DNA of 64,000 bases from a candidate division FCPU426 bacterium (GTDB taxonomy: Bacteria; Oederibacteriota; JAAXVQ01; JAUVAV01). The stretch is from assembly GCA_040756875.1 (NCBI GenBank), contig JBFLYH010000001.1, positions 96,001-160,000 on the forward strand, read 5' to 3'. Each line of letters opens with the position of its first letter. The stretch's first letter is position 1. Of the stretch, positions 18,513-26,928 are shown piece by piece. Made by a program: the position numbers and the translations under genes. A model generated the notes under the pieces. It was given only the letters and a program-made list of their open reading frames with translations, made no database searches and was not told where the DNA came from.

Positions 18513-18562
18513 GGGACCTGGTTTGAATGTCCGGATGTCCCGCGGTCTTGCCTTCTCCCCTC
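18513..18562 (+). repeat. GGGAC hairpin repeat, copy R7 (preceded by a partial copy at 18494..18505)
   Basis: GGGACCTGGTTTGAATGTCCGGATGTCCCGCGGTCTTGCC; upstream GAGACGTAGTTT. Confidence 0.8.
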
Positions 18563-18674
18563 GTGTCTAAATCGGGAACTCCGGTAGTACAAAAAATCGG
18601 GAGACACCAAGATTGAGAACAGAGTCTGTTTGCTGGTTTAGAAGAAGCGCGTGGAAATGAGCGGCGCGGGGGGA

Positions 18675-19280
18675 CTAGCTCCAGGTGAATTCGAGGACGC
18701 AATGCGATTTGCCCTGCCGGATGCATTGCAATTGCCGGGCCCGGACGCTCTCGGCGCCGGAGTATTGCAGCGCCGTGGAGACCCAGCCTTCGCAACCCAC
18801 GCAGACGGATTGTTTCCAGACCTGCGTATCGTGCATGTGATATACCACCCGTTTGTCTGCGACCTCGGCCACGCTCATGCTTCCGGGCGTGAAATAGCGT
18901 TTGAAAATAGCCGGCACCCGTTTGGCGATGAACAGGGGAGTGCCGATCTTTAAAAAAATCGTCAGGACCGTGCTGAGATCGTGAAAAGCCGAAAAAGCGG
19001 CGAGTTCCCGAAAAAGTCGGGGATCCCCGTCATTTAAGGAAGCCAGGTAGTCGTAGGTTTGAAGAAAGAGGCGGCCCGGCAAACGGGAGACAGACAGCAC
19101 CTTGTCCGAGGACCAGTACTCGGCGTCCTGCGGGGGCAGTTGGGCCAAAAAACGTTTATACGCCTCCTGGCCCAGGCTTTCTTGAAACCAATGCCTGCCC
19201 CCCAGGAGCAGGGTGGCGCGAAAAAGCGGGTCTGCCATAGGCGGCGGCTTTCCCTTCTCTGCAGTATCTGCCTTATTCAT
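18675..19280 (-). CDS. DUF2378/TIGR02265-like (V4R-fold) protein, paralogue 3
   Basis: C-terminal QCIRQGKSHCVLEFTW; FLKIGTP.F..KR...F..YF.PG. Confidence 0.6.
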   Translation of the reverse strand: MNKADTAEKGKPPPMADPLFRATLLLGGRHWFQESLGQEAYKRFLAQLPPQDAEYWSSDKVLSVSRLPGRLFLQTYDYLASLNDGDPRLFRELAAFSAFHDLSTVLTIFLKIGTPLFIAKRVPAIFKRYFTPGSMSVAEVADKRVVYHMHDTQVWKQSVCVGCEGWVSTALQYSGAESVRARQLQCIRQGKSHCVLEFTWS

Positions 19281-19387
19281 AGTAACGTACGCGCGGATGA
19301 AACTTAAACAGATAATCTTTGTTAATTATTTACGTCTCCCTTAATCCGCCTGCCCCTAAAATACACAAACCTAAATCAAATGCAGTC

Positions 19388-19873
19388 TCACCGGAGCTTA
19401 AGCAGCTTTACGATATCTCCTTCAATCTGGAGCGGCCGGACAGCCGGGGCATAGCGCTTGAACGGCTTGCCGTCCCGGCTGATCAGGAACTTGGTGAAGT
19501 TCCACTTGATCCTGCCTCCGAAGGGGCCTCCGGGCAGGGCTTTTTTCAGGTAGGCGAACACTGGGTGGGTCTTCTTGCCGTTCACGTCAATCAATCCGCT
19601 CAACTGGAAAGTCACCCCGAAATTCACTTTGCAGACCTGCACGACGGTTTTATTGGTCTCGGGTTCCTGCCCGAGAAACTGGTTGCAGGGAAACCCGAGC
19701 ACGACCAGGCCGTGGTCCTTATATTTTTGGTGCAACTGCTCAAGTTCGACGAACTGGGGGGCCAGGCCGCATTTCGTGGCTGTATTGACCACCAGCACCA
19801 CCTTGCCCTTGTACTCGCTCAGGTTTAAAGTCCTGCCGATCGTATCGCGGAAAGATAAATCGTAGAATTCCAT
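19388..19873 (-). CDS. gpx: glutathione peroxidase (Cys-type)
   Basis: GKVVLVVNTATKCG, LGFPCNQF..QEP and IKWNFTKFLI motifs. Confidence 0.95.
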   Translation of the reverse strand: MEFYDLSFRDTIGRTLNLSEYKGKVVLVVNTATKCGLAPQFVELEQLHQKYKDHGLVVLGFPCNQFLGQEPETNKTVVQVCKVNFGVTFQLSGLIDVNGKKTHPVFAYLKKALPGGPFGGRIKWNFTKFLISRDGKPFKRYAPAVRPLQIEGDIVKLLKLR

Positions 19874-19996
19874 GGTTAACACCCCGGTTGGTGATGGTTG
19901 TATGCAATAGCCTGTAATACTTGGACACCCATTATATGCCTTGGCCGTGATTTAAACCGCGTTATTCCGCCGGAAGGGTGCCGGCGTTGATAAACC

Positions 19997-20035
19997 GGGA
20001 CGTTATTTATGCGTCCGCATGACCCGTGTTTCGCC
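19997..20035 (+). repeat. GGGAC hairpin repeat, divergent copy R8
   Basis: GGGACGTTATTTATGCGTCCGCATGACCCGTGTTTCGCC. Confidence 0.7.
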
Positions 20036-20240
20036 TGCTGAAAATTAGCCGCAATTAAAGAGGAGGGGCATGGATAAGTAAATAAAAAAATGAGATACTC
20101 TGATGGAAATGCTTATATAATTATCAACGTTCCCAAGTGCTCACTAACGCAGGTATGGGTGGGCAGCCAGAACTGGCGCAAGCCGAAAGCGGCAGATCAG
20201 CGGCTTGAGGCGCTGCGATTACGCTCCGGGAGAAGAGGGC

Positions 20241-20786
20241 ATGCCTAAGAACAAAGGAACCAACTATTACTTCACCACCACCAAACTGCTCGAAAAAAGC
20301 GGCCCCAGTGCCCGGCAAAAATTCCTGGAGCAGCTGACCCCGGCGGAGCGGGCTTTTCACGAGAAGGCCCTGGAAATCAGCTGGCTGGATGCTGCCATGG
20401 TTTCCGCCAATCTGGCCAAGGCGGCCAGGATCATCTTCCCGGGCAGGGACCATCCGCTGCAGGAATGCGGCCGCCTCGAGGCGCTGGACCACCTGACCGG
20501 CATGTACCGCATCTTCTTGAGATTCGTTTCGGTCGAGATGGTGATGAAACAGGCCGCGAAAATATGGCGGCAGTACCACGACGCCGGCGCTGCCTATGTC
20601 AAGAAAACGGGTGATAAGCGCCTGATTCTCTTCGTGGAAGCATACCCCGAGCTGACCCCGGAGTTGCGGGACATCGTGGCCGGGTACTGCCAAGGGACCA
20701 TTGAACTGACCGGCGCGCGCGAAGTCGTCATTGCCATCAATGACAAAAATCCGGCGCAGTGGCAGTTCGAAGTGAGCTGGAAGTAG
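20241..20786 (+). CDS. DUF2378/TIGR02265-like protein, paralogue 4
   Basis: KNKG, ISW, LTGMYRIFLRF, KQAAKIW.QYHD.G motifs; ends VSWK. Confidence 0.65.
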   Translation: MPKNKGTNYYFTTTKLLEKSGPSARQKFLEQLTPAERAFHEKALEISWLDAAMVSANLAKAARIIFPGRDHPLQECGRLEALDHLTGMYRIFLRFVSVEMVMKQAAKIWRQYHDAGAAYVKKTGDKRLILFVEAYPELTPELRDIVAGYCQGTIELTGAREVVIAINDKNPAQWQFEVSWK

Positions 20787-20871
20787 CGCGGCGCGAGCCC
20801 GCCAGGGAGCGGAAAATCCGCTCGTTTTATGTATAGATAGGAAAACGCCACACCTAGCTTGCGAGGAACGC

Positions 20872-21285
20872 ATGGCTGCGCCCACCACCATTACAGCCCC
20901 TCTCATCGCCCCCTGCGGAATGAACTGCGCCATCTGCCTGGGGCATTTGCGCGAGAAACGCCATTGCCCGGGCTGCACTCTCCTCAACCAAACCGAAGAT
21001 GTGTATGTGCGTAAATGCGTCCTCCGCCTCTGCCAAAAGCGGGGCAAGCGGAAACACTGTTTTGCCTGCGGGGATTATCCCTGCCGCCGGCTCAAACAGC
21101 TGGACAAGCGCTACCGCCTGCGCTACGGCATGAGCATGCTCGAAAACCTGGCGTTCATCCGGGAACAGGGCATCCGGGCGTTCGTGCGGCAGGAGCGGGT
21201 CCGCTGGCAGTGCCGCAGCTGCGGAAACCTAGTGTGCGTGCACCGGGAAAACTGCCTGTCCTGCGGCGCCGCGCGGCGACCTTAG
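20872..21285 (+). CDS. DUF3795 domain Cys-rich protein
   Basis: IAPCGMNC..C, CPGC, CFACGDYPC and LDKRYR.RYGMSMLENL motifs. Confidence 0.85.
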   Translation: MAAPTTITAPLIAPCGMNCAICLGHLREKRHCPGCTLLNQTEDVYVRKCVLRLCQKRGKRKHCFACGDYPCRRLKQLDKRYRLRYGMSMLENLAFIREQGIRAFVRQERVRWQCRSCGNLVCVHRENCLSCGAARRP

Positions 21286-21293
21286 GAGGAGTC

Positions 21294-21698
21294 GTGGGAA
21301 ACGTCATTTATCACATCCTCACGCGCAGCGACCTGAAGGAATCAGTCAAAAACAACTCCTACCAGCCCGCCCGGTATGAAAGCGACGGCTTTATCCACTG
21401 CGCCGCAGACCCCGCGACCTCCCTGCAGGTGCTGGAAGATTATTTTGCGGGCCTGGCCGAAAGCCGCGAAATATTGATTTTGGAAATTGACGTAACCAGA
21501 GTGAAAGCCGAAGTGAAATTTGAAGCGCCGGCCCCGGTCGCGGGCCTTGGCCCGGGCCATGCGGACAAGCACGTTTTGTTCCCGCATATTTACGGGCTCC
21601 TGAACCTGGACGCGGTTGTCGGCATCGGGAAAGCCGCAAGAACCGGCGATGCCTTTGTCTGGCCGGAAACCTTCGAGGATCCGAACCAATACTTCTAA
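21294..21698 (+). CDS. DUF952 domain protein
   Basis: IYHI, DGFIHC and FPHIYG.LN.DAV motifs; AGGAGG RBS before the GTG. Confidence 0.85.
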   Translation: MGNVIYHILTRSDLKESVKNNSYQPARYESDGFIHCAADPATSLQVLEDYFAGLAESREILILEIDVTRVKAEVKFEAPAPVAGLGPGHADKHVLFPHIYGLLNLDAVVGIGKAARTGDAFVWPETFEDPNQYF

Positions 21699-21827
21699 TC
21701 AACCCCGCCAAGCGGTGTTGCCGTCCTGTGGAAATTCCTTCGAAAAGACCGATTGCGCATATAGGGGTCAGCCGGAAACAGCCGATACTGGAAGGGAAGG
21801 GATAACTCCGCCGGGGGGCGCCTGCCC

Positions 21828-22820
21828 ATGGCCGGAAAAACCGAAGATTATTTCGTCTATTACGTGGAAGTGTCGGGGCTTTGCAATTACCGCTGCCCCT
21901 CTTGCCCGAACGGCAACTATCCCCGGCCCCAGGCCAAGGGCTACATGCCTTTGGACCTTTACGGGGCGATTTTGGAAAAAATCGCCAAAACCTCGCCGGG
22001 CCGCTCCACCATCCTCTACCTTTTCAACTGGGGCGAACCGACCCTGCACCCCGAACTGCCGCGGATGATCGAAATGGCGCGGGCGCTCGGCCTGGCGCCG
22101 CATTTATCCAGCAACCTGGGGGCCCCCAAAAACCTGAGGGAAATCGTCCGGGCGCGGCCGGCTTCGTTCCGCATATCCCTTTCCGGTTATTTTCAGGAAA
22201 CGTACGCCCAAACCCACCAGCCCGGGGACATTGAACAGGTCAAGGCCAATGTCCGGGCCCTCCACTCGCACCTGGACGAGCAGAGGGGCGGTTTCCCGGT
22301 GGAATTTTTCTACCATAAATACCGGCACAACCTGGGCCGGGATTTGCTGAAAATGAAAGAGTGGGCCGCCGAGCTCCGTTTTGCCCTGACCGCGCTGTGG
22401 GCCCAATACATGCCCGTGGAAAAACTGCTGGCGTACTACGACGGAAATCCCGATCCCAAGGACCGTCCGCTCCTGGAACTGCTGGCCATTACTCCAGAGG
22501 AGTTCCGGCAGGTCTCCCTGGCCCTGCGGCCCGGGCATCCGGACTGCGACCTGCGGGCCCGCCAAATGTGCATTGATTTCGACGGCGCGGTGTCCCTGTG
22601 CTGCGCGTCCTATGACCGGAGCAATTTTCTGGCCGGCGGGTACCTGGATTGCTCCCACGAGGAGCTGCAGCAGCAGAAATACCGGCATCCCCTGTGCGCC
22701 CGCTGCCTGCGCGAGGGGTGCGACGTGACCTATGTCTACGGCGGCTTGAAGGAGTTGGACGCTTTGGTCGAACGCAAATGGGGGTCAGAGACGGCTTGCC
22801 CCCATCCCTCCGCCTGCTGA
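21828..22820 (+). CDS. radical SAM protein with SPASM/twitch-like C-terminus
   Basis: CNYRCPSC, NWGEP.LH; C-terminal C...I..DG.V.LCC...C..C. Confidence 0.85.
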   Translation: MAGKTEDYFVYYVEVSGLCNYRCPSCPNGNYPRPQAKGYMPLDLYGAILEKIAKTSPGRSTILYLFNWGEPTLHPELPRMIEMARALGLAPHLSSNLGAPKNLREIVRARPASFRISLSGYFQETYAQTHQPGDIEQVKANVRALHSHLDEQRGGFPVEFFYHKYRHNLGRDLLKMKEWAAELRFALTALWAQYMPVEKLLAYYDGNPDPKDRPLLELLAITPEEFRQVSLALRPGHPDCDLRARQMCIDFDGAVSLCCASYDRSNFLAGGYLDCSHEELQQQKYRHPLCARCLREGCDVTYVYGGLKELDALVERKWGSETACPHPSAC

Positions 22821-22834
22821 TATCCTTCTGTGAG

Positions 22835-24415
22835 TCAATTGCCGAGTTGATACAGGGCCAGATGGCTGACAGCGATGGAAAAAGGGCCGGGATCTCCGGG
22901 AGCAAGCGCGGCCAGGCGCACGCGCACCCTGCCCTGGCCGGCCCGCAGCCAGGCCGGGTCCAAGGGCGCTTTGAACAGCGCGCTCTCGGGCTGGTAAACC
23001 GCGTGCCGGCACAGCTCGATCCCGCCTGCCGAGAGGTCCAGGCTGAAAAAGTGCTCTTCGGTTTGGGCGCAGAAAATCCTGAAGACCAGCAGTGTGGGCG
23101 TTTCCAGGGCGACGGCCGGGAGCTGCAGCCAGGCTTCAGACGAAAGGTTGATGATGGACCGCAGGTCATGGGTCAGGCCGTCCATGGCGATCAGCGGAAA
23201 TTCGCCCTGGAGCATGTTCCAGCTTTCAGCCGGGAACACGTTGCGGAGGTCCTGCTCTGACGCGGACTGCACGTCCGGCACCAGGGAGGGCCGGGTCAGG
23301 AAAGGCCTGAGCGCCTCGGGAAAGCCGTCGTAAACCCCCTCCGCCTGGCGGCAGGTCCGATTGAAAGTTTCCTCGCTCTGCTTCAGGGCGTGCTGCGGAA
23401 CAGCCGCCCCTTTTTTTCGCGCCACCATCTGCAGGGGCGCGCCGAAAATTTGCGCCAGCTTCAGGATGAAGTCCCCGTCTTCGCGTTCGGGCAGGGCGTG
23501 GAGTTCCCGCCCCACGCGCTGGGCCAGGGCGCGGATCTCGGTCTCGTTCGGCAGCGAACGGCCGGCCCCGGCTTCCCGCGGGGTCAGCAGGGGCAGGGTT
23601 TCCCGCGCGCCGGCGAGCAGGTGCGCTTCCAGGCCGGCCGCGATTTTCCAGGCCGGCTCCTGCCGCTGCTGCATCAGGCTTTTTTCCCAATCTCCCATGC
23701 ACGAGGCAGTGGAGAGGAACACTGAGAGGATGTCGCAGCTTTCCTCGGTGATCTCCAGCAGGGTGGGCAGGGGCATGCTTTGGTTTTCCACCATGCCGAA
23801 GAGGCTTTCGGGCCGGCTTCCCAGGTAGGGTTCGGCCACGGTGGTCAGCAGGCCCAGCTGGTTAAGCTTGGATTCCAGGGGCGAAAATTCGTGCGGCCGG
23901 TTGCAGCGGAACTTGTAAAAGCACAGGGAACGGAGCGTGGGTTCGTTCTCCAGAAACAGCAGGCCGCCCGGTGTCAGGACCCGCATCATTTCGCGCAGCA
24001 CTTGCGGATAGTTCCAGGTGTGGTGCAGGGCCGAACAGATGAAGGCCACGTTGAAGGAGGCGTCGTCAAAGGGCAGGGAATGGAAATCGCCGGTCACCCG
24101 CCTGGGATTGTCCGGGGCCGCGCCCGGGGTTTCGCCCAGTTTCTGCCCGAGGCGCAGGGAGTGGCGGGACAGTTCGAACAGCGTGACCCTGGCGCCCAGG
24201 CGCTGCGCCAGGGCATACCCCGTGGTGTGGGCGTAGCAGGCCACTTCCAGGATATGCAGGGACCCGGAGGCGCCGGCGCCGTGCTGGCGGATGATTTGCG
24301 CCACTTCCTGGTAATGCCGCTCGCTCTCCGCGGCAATGCGCGGGTCCACGATCAACGAATGCCAGGCGGATTCACCCAGCAAGGGCAGCAGTTGCGTTCC
24401 CAAGGTTGTCGGCAA
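22835..24415 (-). CDS. class I SAM-dependent methyltransferase with long C-terminal extension
   Basis: GDFHSLPFDDASF, ALHH and L.EM.RVL.PGG motifs; start uncertain. Confidence 0.75.
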   Translation of the reverse strand: MPTTLGTQLLPLLGESAWHSLIVDPRIAAESERHYQEVAQIIRQHGAGASGSLHILEVACYAHTTGYALAQRLGARVTLFELSRHSLRLGQKLGETPGAAPDNPRRVTGDFHSLPFDDASFNVAFICSALHHTWNYPQVLREMMRVLTPGGLLFLENEPTLRSLCFYKFRCNRPHEFSPLESKLNQLGLLTTVAEPYLGSRPESLFGMVENQSMPLPTLLEITEESCDILSVFLSTASCMGDWEKSLMQQRQEPAWKIAAGLEAHLLAGARETLPLLTPREAGAGRSLPNETEIRALAQRVGRELHALPEREDGDFILKLAQIFGAPLQMVARKKGAAVPQHALKQSEETFNRTCRQAEGVYDGFPEALRPFLTRPSLVPDVQSASEQDLRNVFPAESWNMLQGEFPLIAMDGLTHDLRSIINLSSEAWLQLPAVALETPTLLVFRIFCAQTEEHFFSLDLSAGGIELCRHAVYQPESALFKAPLDPAWLRAGQGRVRVRLAALAPGDPGPFSIAVSHLALYQLGN

Positions 24416-24525
24416 GAGGCCCCCCTCCTCACGGCACGCCTGGCAGCAGGCTGAAGTTCTGTTTAAATTTTCGGCTGCCCTTGGGCTATAATGAAGCGCA
24501 ATTTATCCCCGTTCCAAGGAGCGCC

Positions 24526-25098
24526 ATGCCTGCCATCCCCCCTGTCCTGGCTTTTCCTGACGCCAAAACCTTCCGCGCCTGGCTGGCCAGGCATCACACC
24601 CTGGCCGAGGGTATCTGGCTCAGGTTTTTCAAGAAAGACTCAGACAAAAAAAGCGTTACATATGATCAGGCCTTGGACGAAGCCTTGTGCTTCGGCTGGA
24701 TCGACGGCCAGGCCAAATCCCATGACGAAAAATCCTGGCTCCAGAAATTCACGCCGCGCCGGCCCCGGAGCGTGTGGTCCAAACGCAACCAGGAGCGCGT
24801 GGAACGGCTGCGGAAAGCCAAACGCCTGATGCCGCCCGGCCTGGAGGCGGTGGCCGCGGCTAAGGCTGACGGCCGCTGGGCAGCTGCCTATGATTCGCCC
24901 CAGAATATGCAGGTGCCCAAAGACTTTCTGGCCGCCCTGGCCAAGCATCCCAAAGCCGTGAAATTTTATCAAACCCTCAACCGCGCCAATACGTACGCTA
25001 TTGCCTGGCGACTGCAGACCGCCAAGAAACCCGAAACCCGCCAGAAACGGCTCGCCGCACTGCTGGAAATGATGAAACAGGGCAAAAAGCTCCATTGA
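24526..25098 (+). CDS. YdeI/OmpD-associated family protein
   Basis: ALCFGWIDG, FTPRR..S.WS..N, G...V..AKADGRW and AKKPETR motifs. Confidence 0.9.
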   Translation: MPAIPPVLAFPDAKTFRAWLARHHTLAEGIWLRFFKKDSDKKSVTYDQALDEALCFGWIDGQAKSHDEKSWLQKFTPRRPRSVWSKRNQERVERLRKAKRLMPPGLEAVAAAKADGRWAAAYDSPQNMQVPKDFLAALAKHPKAVKFYQTLNRANTYAIAWRLQTAKKPETRQKRLAALLEMMKQGKKLH

Positions 25099-25312
25099 TA
25101 CGCCCTTCGCGGTCCCTTGCCTTGATCCCTCTGGAACAGTGCGCAGGACTATCCCTGTTTCGCCGTTGAACAGCCTGCTGTTTTCACTCTTTTCAAATTT
25201 ATATTTCGGCCGATACTCTCTGTAAGGGGTCTAATATTATTGTGTCCCTTGCATCATCTATGGGATTGCCTGCCTGGTACGTGCGGTCCAAACCACTCGG
25301 GAGGGACAAGCC

Positions 25313-25750
25313 ATGGAAAAAAACCAGAGGTGTTATCCCCGCAAGGCCTTCAGGTTTCCGGTCCACTATAAATACTTTGAAAACGGAAAAATGTTCCATG
25401 CCCTGACCGGCGAAGCGATGAACATCGGGGCCAAGGGCCTGGCCATGCGGAACGACCACCCGATCCAGCACGGCCGGAAACTGCTCGCCACCTTGTGGCT
25501 CCCCCTGTCTGAAATGCGCGGGAATTTCTACGGGCCTGAGGGCGAGATGCGGGACAACCTTCCGGTCATGGTTTTCTCGCAAGTGGCGTGGTGCCAGCGC
25601 CAAAGCCAGGACCAGTATCTCACCGGCCTGCAATTCCTGGCTTTGGACATCAGCCACCAGCGCCGTCTGCGGCAATTCCTGGACAACCACGACATTTACC
25701 GCCAGGCAGCCTACGACGATTTTCCGGTCAGCGACGAAAACGAACCTTGA
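25313..25750 (+). CDS. PilZ domain (c-di-GMP-binding) protein
   Basis: RCYPR (RxxxR) and NIGAKGL ([D/N]xSxxG-like) motifs, V.W, GLQF. Confidence 0.75.
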   Translation: MEKNQRCYPRKAFRFPVHYKYFENGKMFHALTGEAMNIGAKGLAMRNDHPIQHGRKLLATLWLPLSEMRGNFYGPEGEMRDNLPVMVFSQVAWCQRQSQDQYLTGLQFLALDISHQRRLRQFLDNHDIYRQAAYDDFPVSDENEP

Positions 25751-26015
25751 CTTCAGGGCGCCAAGACGCCCGAGCCTTCCAGCCCAGCCTGTTTCCTGCA
25801 ACTCGCACCGACGGTTTCATTCCTTGCATCGCATAAACGGCCTTTGAGTTGCATTGAAAACTTCGCCAAGAAGCATTCCTGAAAAAACCGGGGCCCTTCT
25901 TTTTTGCCTTCCTTGATTCACGGGTACTGGATAAAATATGTTCATATCCGGGCGGCTGTCGCATGGTTTGGACGGCTCGCAGGATGCCCGAAAGAGGGGA
26001 GCGGGTTTTAGGCTC

Positions 26016-26543
26016 ATGGACAAACTCCTGCCCGGGGCGCGCCTGGCAGCCAGGTTCCTGGCCGCCGGCTTGGCCCTGTTCATTGCGCTGTTCGCTGCGG
26101 ACGAAATCAAAACGCCTTTTTCCGCCCTGGCGCTGCTGATGCATCTGCTGCCTGCCCTGGTGCTGGCCGCATTGGCCTGGCTGGCGTGGAAAAGGCAGTA
26201 CCTGGCCGGCGTCGTATACCTGGGGTTGGGCTGCGTATTTTGGTTTTTCTTTGGCAGCCGGGCTTTTTTCGTAATCAGCGGCCCGGTGCTTTTTCTGGGC
26301 GTGCTTTTGGTCGCGACAGCGGAAAACGGTTCCGGACGCCTGCGGGAAACGCTTGTGGGCGCGGCGGTAGCCGGATTGCTGGCCGTGGATTTTGCGGCGC
26401 TCCACGATATTGCAAAATCCGAACCGGACCCGACCGCGGAATATATCGTGCTGATATTGTCAGCAGCCCTTTTGCTGGCGGCGCTGGTCAGGGAGCGATT
26501 CCGGATATCTCCGCCGGTGGCCGGCAAAAAAATAATATATTAG
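26016..26543 (+). CDS. multi-pass membrane protein
   Basis: Five to six hydrophobic helices; LFA.D...LMHL.P pattern. Confidence 0.6.
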   Translation: MDKLLPGARLAARFLAAGLALFIALFAADEIKTPFSALALLMHLLPALVLAALAWLAWKRQYLAGVVYLGLGCVFWFFFGSRAFFVISGPVLFLGVLLVATAENGSGRLRETLVGAAVAGLLAVDFAALHDIAKSEPDPTAEYIVLILSAALLLAALVRERFRISPPVAGKKIIY

Positions 26544-26569
26544 ACAAAACTAATATGATGTGCTAGACT
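26541..26569 (+). promoter_or_regulatory. putative sigma70 promoter of the FmdB-MFS-MFS unit
   Basis: TAGACA-17 nt-TAGACT with an extended TGn motif. Confidence 0.45.
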
Positions 26570-26633
26570 GCCGCCGGCCTGGGAAACAGGCCGGCTTCCC
26601 GCCGGCAAGGCGGGAGGGGAAAGGAAACTCGCC

Positions 26634-26861
26634 ATGCCGCGTTACGTTTACCACTGCCCGCAGTGTTCGCAGTCCTTTGAAGTGGAAAAATCCATGTCCC
26701 GGGTGCTCGAACCCGAGGCCTGCCCGGCCTGCGGCCAGTCCGGGACCCGCGTGTTCACTCCGCCGGCGGTTTCAGCTACTAAGTTTGGCGCTCCGGCTGC
26801 CGCCGGCCAGGCGGACAGCGGCTGCACCTCGTGCTGCGCCAACGGCGCCTGCGGATTGTAA
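26634..26861 (+). CDS. FmdB family zinc-ribbon protein
   Basis: MP.Y.Y.CPQC...FE, CPACG and C-terminal CTSC...C. Confidence 0.85.
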   Translation: MPRYVYHCPQCSQSFEVEKSMSRVLEPEACPACGQSGTRVFTPPAVSATKFGAPAAAGQADSGCTSCCANGACGL

Positions 26862-26928
26862 ACCGATTCTCCCTGCATTTTCGGGTTGAGTTCGCGGCCT
26901 GCGGCTGTGATAATCCTCGGAAATCCAT

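Noticed and set aside
19388-19873. Selenocysteine glutathione peroxidase
   Set aside because: The active-site codon is TGC (Cys); there is no in-frame TGA.
13110-20035. Classical integron attC array
   Set aside because: No RYYYAAC/GTTRRRY boxes, no long imperfect attC stem and no IntI. The only tyrosine recombinase is a typical XerD 33 kb away among housekeeping genes.
20125-20240. c-di-GMP riboswitch upstream of 20241 (GGCAGCCAG and GAAA motifs)
   Set aside because: The elements are in the wrong order and the GEMM core is missing; it cannot be supported without an Infernal search.
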